DNA from: Perkinsus chesapeaki ATCC PRA-425
Lineage: Eukaryota; Protista; Perkinsozoa
Direction: 5' to 3'
Assembly (NCBI GenBank): GCA_013115145.1
Contig: JAAPAO010000187.1
Location: 1-55,928, forward strand
DNA: 55,928 bases
In this document: positions 27,896 through 46,127 of the stretch, piece after piece
Layout of the letters: each line of letters opens with the position of its first letter
Position numbering within the stretch: position 1 is the stretch's first letter
Made by a program: the position numbers and the translations under genes
The notes under the pieces: model-generated
Told to the model about the DNA's origin: nothing
Database searches by the model: none
Seen by the model: the letters and a program-made list of their open reading frames with translations, nothing else

Positions 27896-30056
27896 ATGAC
27901 TAGAGCCTTCATTAATGGTGATCCATTGCATGATATTATTATACCATACGCTTGTTTAACTGATAGTAGAATAGATGCAAGTAGAGGAGATGATAATAAA
28001 TTAATAAGAGATGAATCTAAAGTAGGATCATCATCCTCATCATCATCTGCTGCACGATCATTACCATGTACTATATGTGGGAAGGCAAGATGGAGGTAAT
28101 AACACTTTAGTCTTATTCACTAGTTTGGGCTAACTCGGACAGTAAGAACTTAGTATGTATGAATTAGTAGTGTGGCATCCAATATGAGCTATGTCAACCT
28201 GGGGTTATTAAATATATGTATAGATACTCCTGTATGGGCTGTTGTTACTCTGATTTATATAAGGTTGATCCATTATATAGGGATACATTAGAAAAATATG
28301 TAATATTATGGGGCACTACAGGGAGATATGTATTATAGGGTAACGATCTACCAATAATGATACAAAGTATTGAACAAAGGATTAGTAATCAGGAGAAGTT
28401 TATTAAGAAGGTTCGGAAGACGGATCATATAACAGCAATAACAATAAAGAGAGATAATCTGGCTCGAGAGATAGCATCATATAAAGAGGTACATGGTGGA
28501 TGTTATACGAGGGGGTATGGTGATGATGCATTCAGAAAATAAATATACTAAAAGGGAAGATTGCTGTTATATCGGCATCAAATAGGGATACTAATAAAGA
28601 GGACTTTATACTAAGAAATGATACATTACAGGGATATACCCAAGAACTGGATGATGAGATGTTGGCTGAATCTGATGTTCGTAATGATATGGCTGCATTC
28701 ATTAATGTAATAAAGATATAGGGGGATAGGGTATTATATAGTTGATATTAGGATGGTGATGCTGCTGCTCATGGAGATAGCCCACCTTATGAAGTTACTA
28801 CTACTTTATTAGGGGGTTTAAACTCCTTTCATGCTTATCATAGATTAAGAGCTAATATACATGCATTAACTGCTCATCGTAGTGTATTATGTCAACAGCT
28901 ACGAGAGGTATATCCTGTGTTATGGTCACAACAACAAGGTTATACACCACCATCAAGGTAGGAGGAGGATACTAAATACCTTATATATCTTATTTAGCTC
29001 ATGGTCTCCTTCTATTGCATCCCGTAGTGGTGGAGGATATACTGGTGATGGTACTGATAGTAATCCAACTCCTGTGGATTCTATTGGGTCACTTAGTGAA
29101 TCTAGAATGTTCATGTCACGTAGTATATTAAAATAGCAATATATCATCATTATAAACTACTACAGGTTCATGGTTAACAAGCTCTCAAATAGGGGCATCA
29201 TCATCAGATATAGGAGACCTTCGATCAATGCAAGGGGCTATTACTAAGGTATATGGCGGTATAGCTCCTCCTCCTCTTTATGGGATACCTCCTCCTATCA
29301 GTATTCCCAACTTGTACCAGCTATCGCCTGTATATCCCAAATACTACAAGTTAATCTACCATTCCCTTGTCAATTTGGTGTTATTGGTAATACAACCACC
29401 CCTAAACTTGATGGATACGGTGGTGGCGGCGGTCGTGGCGCAGCTCAAAGGCCTTCCCGTCGACAGTTGCCATTAGAGCCTCGTATATTGCATCCATACT
29501 CTGATTTATCGTAAGTCCTGTGACCCTCTATATTACATTACTACATCATTTAAGGTTACCATTAGTACCTGTATCAAATGCTGCTGGTGGTGGTGGTGCT
29601 GGTTTATCAGCATCATCTTATAATAGGCATACTGGTTTAGACCCTCATAAGATGCTTCGAGAGGATATACGTTTTTTAAGTTTGGTAAGGCTATGGTGTT
29701 GTCTATGATGATAGGGTACATGTTAATGTAGATATGTGGTACTGGAGTATGGTCTGAACAATATCATATGGATGATCTATCAGCAGCTAGGGAGTTAATA
29801 AATTCCCCTGATATTGGAAGATTGTATTAATATATTATACTAGTATATAAGGTAACGTTATTATGTTAGGTATACCAGAGCTAGATTAGATCAGTCTATA
29901 TCAATATCTAATAGTATGGCTTATGGTGGGGGAGGAGATATTAGTAATATCGAATACATCACTAGTGATGACACTACTATAACACAACCAACACAACAAC
30001 AGCAGCAGCTTACCTCGGGCTTTATTGATGAAATTGAATGGAATATTCTTGACTAA
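27896..30056 (+). CDS. Hypothetical protein with a PHD-like Cys cluster; 5' exon structure unresolved
   Basis: CTIC...C(MN**)CGIQYELC...RYSCMGC, followed by coiled-coil and low-complexity exons. This is the only plus-strand gene between two long minus-strand runs. Confidence 0.5.
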
Positions 30057-30183
30057 TCGCTCATGTATGTTTTTGTAACATAATGTATGTTATTATTACT
30101 TTCATCATCATTTGATATCGTTTAATGATGCTTTGCGTTTATACTATATTAACTACTCTAACACAAGTACATTTAATATAGTA

Positions 30184-33100
30184 TCACTCTGTTTTTATAT
30201 AACCCCCATATATTATCCCACCCATACAGGCTAACACAGCCATATAATAAATATAGTTATGACTAAAACGTGTTTCACCATTACGTGCAGCAATACACTC
30301 TAACGTCTTCTCTTCACGAGGGTCACGTTTAGTATTATTATTATCATTGTTATTATTATTAGCAGTCAACTTATCGGATACCATTCTATCATGTATTATT
30401 CTGGCTTGAGTTGAATCTATACTACCATCACGTAATGCACGAGCCCATCTAGTACGTTCATCACATTCACCACTACTATCATCACTATCAGATACAACAC
30501 TCTCATTATTATTATCATTAACAACAAGTCTATCATGATTAACAAACTTCCTAAGATGAGTAACAGCCTTTTCAAACATAATACCTTCCCAATATACTTT
30601 ACCACATCCACCACATACATAGAACTTATTATATAACTTTAATGTCATCGGTTGTACCTGATAAGTTAAACCAATTCAATTATAAACCATCATCCTCCTC
30701 ATCATCATGTTTATCAGTTTACTACTTGATCCTTGACCATATCCTTATCAGTAGTAACTATCCAATCTCTAGCATTACATACAACACATCGTCCAAGTAA
30801 GGAATCAGGATCAACTTCAACATTAAATTCTTTCATAACAGCAGCAAGTTGATCATCAATCTTATCACAACTTGAAGGCAGTACATAACACCTAGGATAA
30901 GTGTATTAAAAGCGGACAAGCGGTAGTATTATTATTAATATTACTTAACACCATTACACCATTTCCTTTTACTTATCTTAGTACGATAGTTCACCACTAT
31001 AGCTCTGTTTTGTGTCTCAGCAATGTACTCCAAAGGAGATGGTTCACATGAATCAAGCTCGAGAGTATCTATACCAAGGCCACGTAGTTTACGTACTAGA
31101 CGTCCCATTCCACCAGGACATACTAGTTTAGGCTCATCACCATTGAAATATGATGCCCAATCAATAACCTAAATATAGACATCGATACCTACCAATATGA
31201 TATACTTCGATACGTCTTCATCATCATCATGTTCTTCTGTCTCCTCTACTGGTATTAAAGCATCATCATGTTTGCCTTCTCTATGACGGCGGTTCATCGG
31301 TGAGTATCCTCCATACCGCTCTCTTCTCCTATCACTTTCATAATATCCAATAACAATCCACATTATATTACGGTGAGGATGTGTTATCTGAGTAACATGA
31401 CCCTTCTTCTTCTTCATTATCATCCATCTCAGTAGTATCAGACTCCACCATGATGCAGGATAGTTCACTTGCTGCTGCTGCTGATGGTCTAGTTTTCCTA
31501 GTATGTTGAGTATTACCAGTTCTATTATGCCATAACTGAGTAATAGTATTATTCAAAGGGGGGGCGGGGGGCTATTAGACTTACATCCAGCTCAGGATCA
31601 ATAGTTGATTTAATATAATCAATACATTTAGGTAGGACTAGAGCATCCAATGCAGCATATTCCATTTGACGAGGGGATAAAGGACGTTTACGCCAATTAC
31701 TCATACGCATAGCTTTAGATAGCGGTTTGCCTAGAAAGTACTTAACCACTTCAGTAAGGCCTCTTTGATGTTTACTCGCACCTTTACGAGGTGGTAAGTA
31801 ACTAATAGCGGTAGCAAACAGTTAGAGTATTATTAATATAAAGCATGAAAGCATATCATTACTAATCAGCTAGATCATTAAGATCCACAATACGATGGTT
31901 ATCATGACAACCGCCGCCAGCATCATTAGTCATACCAGACTTCCTTAATACTCTTAAATCACCAGCTATACCAAATCCTACTACTATTATGTTATATGAT
32001 TCAACCAAACGACCTGATAGATACTAAGGTAGTAGTACTATAGGCACAGAGGTAATGGTACTACTACTACCTATCTCCTTGAGTAGACCATCCTCACCTT
32101 TATAAACATCTATTAGATATACATTATTAGAAGTAGCTAGTTGTACAAGATCAGCATCACTAGATCCAGATTCTAATACTAAACGGAATGTAGACCATTC
32201 AGAATCAAGACCAACAATAGCCTTCCTAAAGGATAGCATGGTAGTAGTAGTAGGGATGCTACACAAGGTGGGGTTTACTCTTTCTCCCATACATCAATCA
32301 GATCTCGTAGCTCAGTCGTGGTAGTTATAACATGTATATCACTGACGTCTCCTCGACCATCGCCTAGGGCTTCCTCCAGAGATAGATGATTCTCAGCTTC
32401 ACGTTGGTAGAACTGATAATAAGAATACCCTTCAACAAGTATACTTATCAACTGTACTACTTACTTTATCATTCTCTGCATCGTATTGTTCTTTTAAATG
32501 TGTGGCATCCTTCTCTAATTCCTTTATCTGTTCCTTTATACTATCCATACCATTATCCCATTGCTGGATATCATCTTTGGGGAATGATCGATAATATGCT
32601 ATTGCTAACCAAGTATGACCGGCATCAATAAGCTGTTCACACCAGAACTCCTGTAATGAAGGGCGTCCTGTAGAACAGGTTATTATTCAATGGGTATTAC
32701 GATGACTATTACTACCTTTTAGTTCGTCAGTTCCTGTATATGATTCAAGATCTACATCTCCACTAGATATACACCACTTTATCCTTTTACGATAATGTGC
32801 CTCTGCAACTGTAGGGAAGTCCTCCTCCGTCATACCAAAGGATTGCATAGCTTTAACTGCTTGTTTTATCAAACCACGCTCTTCCATACCTACTAGAACA
32901 AGTAATACAACAATATTAACAACTACTTTATCATTAACATTACCTTTTATAATAAGCTTTTGAATCCTAAGAAACTTATCACCTTTAAATAAACGTGGGA
33001 GATCATCAGTTCGACCTTGCCCTAGTAGATGGTCCATAAACTCATGCAGATGTTCTAGTGGTATCCATTCATCTCCAAGCTGTACAAATCAGCACTAATA

Positions 33101-34328
33101 ACAATGTATTATACTATTATCTATATACCTGTGTAACTGATAATGCCTGTGCTGCATCCCTCGACTTGCTCTTATCATGGCTAACCATCATACCAAGTAT
33201 CCATGCCCTATACAAATAGTTGATCAGCAGCAGCAGTAGCAGTAGCACAGAGTTTACTCTAGTATCTCATCCTCTAATATAGGTTGGGCAGTAGCTACTC
33301 CATCATCATATTCACTCTGTGGTGGTGTCGTATCCCTCAACTTGAAATATTCAATCCAAGTCCTAAGATCTCTACCAACAGGGATACATCCTTCTAGTAC
33401 CTATTCCAATATAACTATAACAATGTAACACCCCCTACCGCAGATGCAGCCTTCTTTCTTATCTCTATTGTACCAGGTAAGGCCCTTGTGTTAATACTAG
33501 ACAACATGGCATTAACGAGATGCCGTACCTATCCCATTCGTATCACCATCCCAGTAGCATCTTCAGTCGTCTACCTGCCCCTGAGCTGCTAATGTAAGAT
33601 CCACAACCCATTGTAGATCTAGTTCATTACCCCAAGGCTTTAATAGCCTTACCTGATAGTATGGTGATATACATTTATAACAATCAAGTGGATAACAGCC
33701 CTTACAATGGTTCCTGGGCTCTGCTTTCCTCTTAAGCTTTTCAGTAACACTATAGCTTCATTAGTATCCTTAACTTTATATGAATGTAGTAGATCTTGGC
33801 TCAGTGCACTTTCACTGGCCAAAGCTTCCTCACGATGATCGTGTTGCCTACATACTAATAATATACATTCCTAATGGGCTCAGCGTATGCCGGCGCCGCT
33901 GCTACTGCTGCTGCTGACTCTCACTTCTTAGTCTTTTTCTTCTTCCCATTACTATCCGATCCTTTATGCTTTAGGCTACTAGCTTTAGACTTATCCTTCT
34001 TGTTACCATTATCATTGACCCTTCCATGCAATAGGGGGCTGCTATGTTGTATTGTAGAAGTTATCAGTTCACGGTATTGTATAGCCTAATCAACCATTAC
34101 CATCAATCTATCATCAACCTATTATATTACTAATATAGCCAATAGGCCTAATGTAATGATCTTCATCGGTGGGGCTGCTAATGATGATAATGCCCCTTCA
34201 TCGTCTTTATCGTATTGCTGTAGCATTGATTCCATTATCCGTATGGGATTATACGTGTTACAGGATAATGATGACGATGACGATGTTGTTGTTGTTGACA
34301 TGCCAGGGTTACTAGCAGTAGCCTGCAT
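30184..34328 (-). CDS. EXD3: Mut-7/Nibbler/EXD3-like 3'-5' exonuclease with a Mut7-C domain
   Basis: DEDDy motifs IVGLDSEW, LVQLAT, KYFLGKPLSKAMRMSNWRKRPLSPRQMEYAALDA. Mut7-C motifs GMGRLVRKLRGLGIDT, RCVVCN and FYVCGGCGKVYWEG. Confidence 0.88.
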
Positions 34329-34522
34329 TGATATATTACCATCCCTACCCGCTACTCTTTACATCATCATCAACAACAACACTAACAACGCAAACCCTAC
34401 AGCCTAAGAGTAACTTCTTTATAGGAACAATGGCGTCAATAAATCACAATAATGATGAAATTGTGTGTGTGGCTGCTGCTGCATTAGCTACTTCCAAATA
34501 GTGATTATCATAATAATAATAA

Positions 34523-36182
34523 TCATGATGATGTTGATGATTCAGAGGAGAGCGCCTTATCAATCTCCTCTTTAGTGAACTTAACCAGACACACTGGACA
34601 TCTCACTGAGTATTCCCCATGGTAGCAATCGGGGTCGACCTCGGTGGTGGTGGTGGTGGGATCTATAGTATCTTTCTTATCATTATCAATGTTGCTCTGA
34701 CAATGCTCCACCATAGACTTAAAGCTAAAATATAACAGTGACAATGTACAGTAGTTTTATAATATTATTATTATTATTACCAGGAACGATGAAAGATCTC
34801 TGAACAGTCTGGTGATATCCCATATAATACATCTTCATACGTTTCTATATCACATCTACATATAGGACACTTTGGCTTACAACGCCAATACGAGCAGTTC
34901 TCGATAACCTATCATGAATATTAATATATCAACAACAATATCAGTTATTGTTATTATCTATTACAGCATTTTCATTTTGTAAAGCATATAATTGTTCCCC
35001 TATAGGCGACTCATATAAAATATCATAATGGGCTGGTTTAAATAAAAGTATAGCATCCCAGTGCTCTGACCCAATAGGGGCTGATCTTCCTATGGGTAAG
35101 AACCTACTCACAATATCCACTTTATATTATTATTATTATTATTATTAATAAACCTTACTCATATCTTTCTAATGGTGTATCCATAGAACGATCTAGTTGT
35201 ACAGCCATGAATCTAACGTTAAGAGCTGATGCTGCTAGTATCATAGCTAAGGACTCCGCCTGAATATACTACTACCATCAGCAGTCCCTGTTCTACTACT
35301 ACCTCTTGCCCATCTGTTCGTATCTCATTATCCAACCAATCATCAAAGGTACTAGCACCACTAGTGGCTATAGCTGCCTCTTCTAATGGCATACCACTAA
35401 CCTAATAATACGATATTAATAAATAGTAGGGGCTGCTGCTGCTGGTGCTGCTGTTGTTGTATTACTTCCATATCCCCATTCTCCTTTGCATATTGATAAA
35501 TAGCTAACCTTATTAATGCTATAATACCATGATCCATAGTCTTATCATTTAACTCCTATTAAAGAAGAAGAGCAGCAGCAATATTAATTCAACAATAATA
35601 GAGTATAAGGGCCTCATCATTACCTCATTCCAAAAGTCCAAAGGGCCCTGACCTTGTGTATAATGAAGAAAGTCTCTACCAGCACGTCTACGATAACCTT
35701 CTTCATCCCTTTGTAATAGACCATGCCAAGTACCATCAACCTTTTCAGTACGACGAGCTAGATGCATAGCATGGTGGATAAAGTCATGGAACTTCTCAAT
35801 ATCACCACCCTTTAACTGATCATGTAAACAAGTAATCATTCATTATTCCTTACTATTTCATCATTATCATCACTTACCAGCATTCTCTCTATTAGAGTCG
35901 TACCCAAAGCACGATAAAAGCAGTTACCATCACCTCTTACTCTACGCCAATGTGTCGCCTTAACCTGAATTGATATTCCATTAATAGCTACAGCTGCTAC
36001 AGCTGCTGCTGCTCCACCTTCTCAGCCATGAGATGTATCTTCCTCTGATGCCCTTTAGAATATGTGAATTCTTCAGACAATGTCTTTAAAGGCTCTATAA
36101 ATCCAAGAGCATTAGATTTACAAGGTAACACTTGATCTTCGTCATCATCATTAATAACAGGGTTACCATTCCAGTTACTCAT
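34523..36182 (-). CDS. Otubain-type (peptidase C65) deubiquitinase with a C-terminal RING-like finger
   Basis: WRRVRGDGNCFYRA (catalytic D and C) and LLFKPAHYDILY (catalytic H). In-frame 56-nt introns at 34909-34964 and 34725-34780 join CPIC...CSEIFHRSC...RCPVC. Confidence 0.85.
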
Positions 36183-36468
36183 AATACGCAATTAGGATGA
36201 GAGTAGCAGATAGTTATGGTAAATGTTAATTATTGCTATTAACAACAACAACAACTGGTATTCAATTGCTATTTAGATCCTTAACACAATACTGGATACT
36301 AAGTAGTTGGTGTTGTTGTTATCTTCGTTAAGAGTACTAGAAGGATGATGATAATAGTGATGATGATATCATTAGTAACGAATCTTCTTAGTCCTATTCA
36401 TCATCACTTATTCTTAGTAGCAGTAGTAGTACAGTATGGTTTATGGTAAACCAGGGGCAGATAGTTAC

Positions 36469-37784
36469 TTATCGTCTATCAGCAGCAGCATCATCATTAG
36501 CACCACCCCTGCTCGAACTGCTACGACTCCTGCTATCACGTCGTCTACGACTCGGACTCTTGTTATTATCTCGGCTGCGACTACGACTATTAGCCGTCTC
36601 ATCACGAGTACCACGAGTACGTTCATAAGGGGATCGAGAACGGTCCCTAAAGTGTATATAGAGTAATAACTCAATATACAAGTAATGCTGTGGTATATTA
36701 CCTAGAGCTCCTCCTCTCTCTGGATGATCCACGACGGGCATCATTGGGATATCCACCATACGGGGGAGAGGAATAACGATCATCATACCCTCCTCCTCCT
36801 CCATATCGTCCACTACTACCATATCCACCACCACCATACCCACCCCTACCATAACCTTTACCTCTGATAATAATAAAGAGGGTTAATAATGTTAGTATTA
36901 TTAGTAGTTGTTATTATTACTTGCCACCACCATAACTACTCTCTTTATTATACATAGCAGCAGCTACAGTAATACGACATCCTTGGAAATCTGTATTATC
37001 CATATCACGTATAGCATCCTCAGCATCACGACGTTCATAGAACTGATGATAGAAGGGAAATACCTCATCATCATTATTGTCGATAGTAGTAGTCTTATTA
37101 CTCTAACGAATCCAAAGCCTCTACTAACACCAGTATAACGATCAACTGGAATGAATACATCTCCTATCTCTCCAAACCTAACAATATATAATAAACCAAG
37201 CAATAAAGAGGATAATAGTATTATATAGTCCTAGGATGATAAGAGATAGGTAATCCTACTGTGTGCGGCGGCAATAACAGCTATGCGAAGATCATAACAG
37301 CAGCAGCAGGAACAGCAGACTGCCACGGCCAATGGTGATATGGATTTATATCACCAGCAACAGCGAGCAACAGCAGCAGCAGGCACTGCCATAACCATAC
37401 AAACTGCCATTTCCTGTCACTGCCGACGCCGCCGCCGACGTGATAGGTATACGAATTCAATAAAGTCTGCATTATTATTATTAGCATTATAGCGACCGGT
37501 GATGGCAGTGATATTAGACTGCGGTGCCCTCCTATCCACTGCAACCTGCATCTGGCCCTAAACCCTATAGCTCCTGGTAGTGTTGTTGTTACTGCTACGG
37601 CTGCGTCGTCTGCACCCCATATATGGTGTATACTACTTGGCGAATCCCTCACGTAAATCATCCTTACGTACTCTATCATCAATACCATCAACCTAATAGG
37701 GTAATACTATTATTATACCGTGTAGGGTTATAATATTATTATTACCTTAATACTGAATAAATCGTTAAGTTGACCAATATTCAT
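36469..37784 (-). CDS. SRSF2: SC35/SRSF2-like SR splicing factor (RRM plus RS domain)
   Basis: [58 protein letters not shown], then an RSRSP/RSRSRS tail. Confidence 0.88.
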
Positions 37785-37921
37785 ACTGGAATAATACTGG
37801 GAAATGAAGGAGAAGGAAAACGACGGAGGCAGCGATAGCCAGCCACAGTTAACTATATAACAGAATAGCAACACAGGTGAAGAATACAACACAATAGATA
37901 TATAGGGTGAAAAACGTATTG

Positions 37922-40900
37922 CTAGGGCGATGGTGGTAGTAGGGTAGGTGAAGGTTGTGGCTGCTGACGTCGAGTTATGATAATTGGAGCAGTTCGTAAA
38001 GGATGAGGTACTCTAGGAGGAGGAGAAGGAGTTGCTCCTTCTTTTGTTGTAACAGATGCATCCTGTTGTTGAGGTTGAGATATCTTTTCATTATCTTCTA
38101 ATGGCTTAAGATGTGGTATCTTATCTGTTTTACGTCTATTCCATACATGTATATCATCCTTTACTGATAGATATTCCTCAGCATCAGTAGCTAGATATCT
38201 AAAAATACTAACACATTTACTTCTACTATAACACTCGTAATGATGATATTATTATTACATATTTAAAGGATCATGGAAGAAGTGTTGGTATAGGGTATCA
38301 TCGTATCCATTATTATCATCACTGTGCGTAAGTGAGGTAGATTGGCTAGGTATACCACCATCCTCGCCACTAGAAGCTGGTACATCACCATTGGGCGGTA
38401 CTTGTGGTGATGATGATGATGTATCAGTCTTATGGGGCAGTATCATACCAGCTTTAATAACATCATTAATAGCATTCTCAAATGCTTTATTCTCCTCCTT
38501 AGTAAAGTTATCTCTTATAACCTTCCTCAAAGCATCGGCATCAATAGCTCGATATCTAACATAAACCACAGTTACAACCGAGTATAGTTATTATTATTAT
38601 TATTATTACGGTGACTTTATTAATGTATTGTATATATACTCGGATACTCGCTTATTATTACCATCCTCCTCCTCCATTGATTTATCCTCATATCCTTTTC
38701 GTAAATAGCTGATATTATGATATATCATATATTGATATATGAAGGTGATGTTAATAATAGTAGTAATTATTACATGTTATTTCCCGGTATAAATAGATCT
38801 GTTAATAATGCTAGTTCATGGTCAGGGTTAACACCATTAGTAGCTAGATACTCTTTAGCTGTATTTAAAGGATATCGTCTTTCTGGGCAACTCCTAATAC
38901 AACCAAAACAACAACAACTCTTTAATACATGATGACCATCATCATCATTTAACTTACTCTGGTGTGCTTAACATGGTAACTAAGTTATTGCTAACTTCTG
39001 CTTTATTAATACTAAGTCGGCACCAATAATCAAATGTATTAACCATCTCATTCAATTTATCCTCTTCGCTTCTTTCATCATCATCATCTGGCCATGATAC
39101 AATACCCTCCAGTCCTTCACGTAAGAACATATAATCAGGTTCATAGAATACTCTTGGTAATCTACCAAGTACTTCTCGTAATGGACCAAATCTAATAATA
39201 ATATTATATACCTACAAGCTGCTACAATATATTATTATACCTCTCTTTCTTTTGTGAATTCTTTCCCCAATCTAACCGTCTCATTAATTTATCAACAGTA
39301 GCATTACTTCCCAATTCTCTTATAAGTTGTTCAATCTAATAATTACCTATATACTATTAACCCTTATAATCATTGCCTTACTTGTTTCATAAGATCTCTA
39401 GGGATATATTGTGACTTCTTACCCCCTCCACCTCCACTAGCAGCACCATCTTCATTATTACTATCATCTTCAACAACCTTTAATGCCTTAGTCTTCCTCA
39501 ATGCCTAATAATACATCATAAATAGGTTGTTACTAATACTTACCAGTTCCATACCAGAATATGGACTACACCACATAACATCATCTTTTAATATACTCCA
39601 TAGTACTTTAGGTTGTATAGGTATACAACTACATAAATGTATCTGTACAGTGAAGTAGTGATAATATTAAAAAATAATAATAGTATTATTATTATTATTA
39701 CCACATAACTAGACTTCACTGCATGGGCATCACTTAGGTATAATACTTTACGAATGGTATGGACAAGATGGGATAATGGACAATAAGAAACCAACTAAAA
39801 GAAGATGAATGATAATAACATAAGCTAATAGGCTGAGGGTGAGGGGGGGGGATGCCAATCAGAATCATCGCAATTATATCAGCTCCGATGTAATGATTTT
39901 ACTATATTCCAACTATTGGTAATCCATAAATATACTAGTCTATTATAGTAGTGTTTTTACATCTAAACTTAAAGGACATGCTTTATAATAAGCATCCTCT
40001 CTTTCTTTATATGTAGCCATAGCCTCTGCTCTTAGTTCTGCTGTACTCTTACATCGATTAACATTACTACCAGATGTTGATGATGTCTAAATAATAATAA
40101 GAGACTAAGTAATCTAATGATAATGATAAAGACTAATAACTGTAGTTTTATCATTGTCATCAATCTCTATAGGTTCCCTATAAACATCCCTTGCTAATGC
40201 TCCAGTAGATGTTGTATATAGTGGACCATAACAAGGCCTTAGTCCTGTATCCATAGTCCTTTCAATATCAGTTCGTAACTCTTCAGCAGTAAGTCTCTTG
40301 CTTATTGCTGACTTCACTCTTCGTTCTACTATCTCTTCCTCTGATAAAACACCATCACCTAATATATTGGCAATTGCGACAGAACCATAGTAATCACAGC
40401 GTAATACCCAATCCATCTTTAGATTCCTTATCAGCTGCCTTTCGACGTTTATGATGCATAGTTCCCGGAGCAGGAAAGGATTCGAGAAAATGCCGTGAGT
40501 CAACAGGGAACTTACTAGCATTTTGACGTACCTGTTATTATTCGATATCCTATATACTATTATATGTTCTATCCTACTATATCAATGCATTTATCAACAT
40601 CATCATCAGACATATCTTTAAAGAATATATCACATTCCGCTAAGGCAGTCTTAACCTCAGTAGCTCCGGCTCTAGAATGATCAACATCTTCAGTAAACCA
40701 ACTCTCAAACTAATGTATATAAGGATATCTCTCAGGTAGTTCGACTATAAGCTACATAAGTTGCTCTATCCTCAGGGTCTAATGCCGCTAAACTATAAAC
40801 AGTCTCAAAGCCTCTAAATGCAACCTGACCACAATAACAACAACATTTACTATATATATACCTTATCCTAATATACCTTATCCTCTTCCATAGTAGGATT

Positions 40901-41171
40901 TAATCGTCCTTGATTTACTGGATCCTCTACTGCATTAATACTCCTATACACTTCATCCCAATATTGTGATGTAGATGTATATTCTCCAGCGTCCAATCGT
41001 TGTAATACATACCTTTAAGGATAGTTGTATTATTATGTATGTATGGTATTGAATATATTACCCTAGGTACGTCCTCATAAGTGGATTACTAGTAGCTCTG
41101 CTTAATTTACCCACTACACCTTTACACCATGTACATATCTTAGGAACACTAAGTAGGTTATCAACGTCCAT
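37922..41171 (-). CDS. Putative chromatin-associated protein with weak bromodomain-, WSD- and BAH-like segments
   Basis: Clear multi-exon coding structure. Domain resemblances by eye only: VLQRLDAGEYTSTSQYWDEV (bromo-like), CPLSLD (WHIM3/WSD-like), and VYVRYRAID...YLATDAEEYLSV (BAH-like). Confidence 0.45.
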
Positions 41172-41508
41172 ATAAAAGAAATATAACTAATATAGTACAT
41201 AACCGTCATAAGAGCATGGCAGCAAAGTGTGGCTGCTGATTATGAATAACTACAGTGACCTACCTACTCCAGAAGCAATAAGGGGTAATATTAGTAAGAC
41301 CACACATGTTGCATTAAATACCACCTCCTATAAATGCTACTTCTGCTATCCCTCTACACAACAATATGATAAACATGAGAAACGGCGACGCCATGTTATA
41401 GCAACAGCAGCAGCATCAGTATTATTAAAAATGATGCTGATTAAGTATTGTATAATAATATAGTATAAATGATGCTAGTGCTTCTTCTCCTTGTTGTTGG
41501 TTGTTGTG

Positions 41509-46127
<4,619 letters not shown>

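Noticed and set aside
33796-33806. Spliced-leader-like match ATCTTGGCTCA
   Set aside because: Short, antisense to and inside coding sequence; consistent with chance.
33850-34523. Fusion or readthrough linking otubain-RING to the Mut-7 gene
   Set aside because: The RING exon ends in TGA at 34523 with no suitable donor. The TGA near 33920 overlaps a normal GTGAG donor whose intron joins the 34328-start exons to Mut-7.
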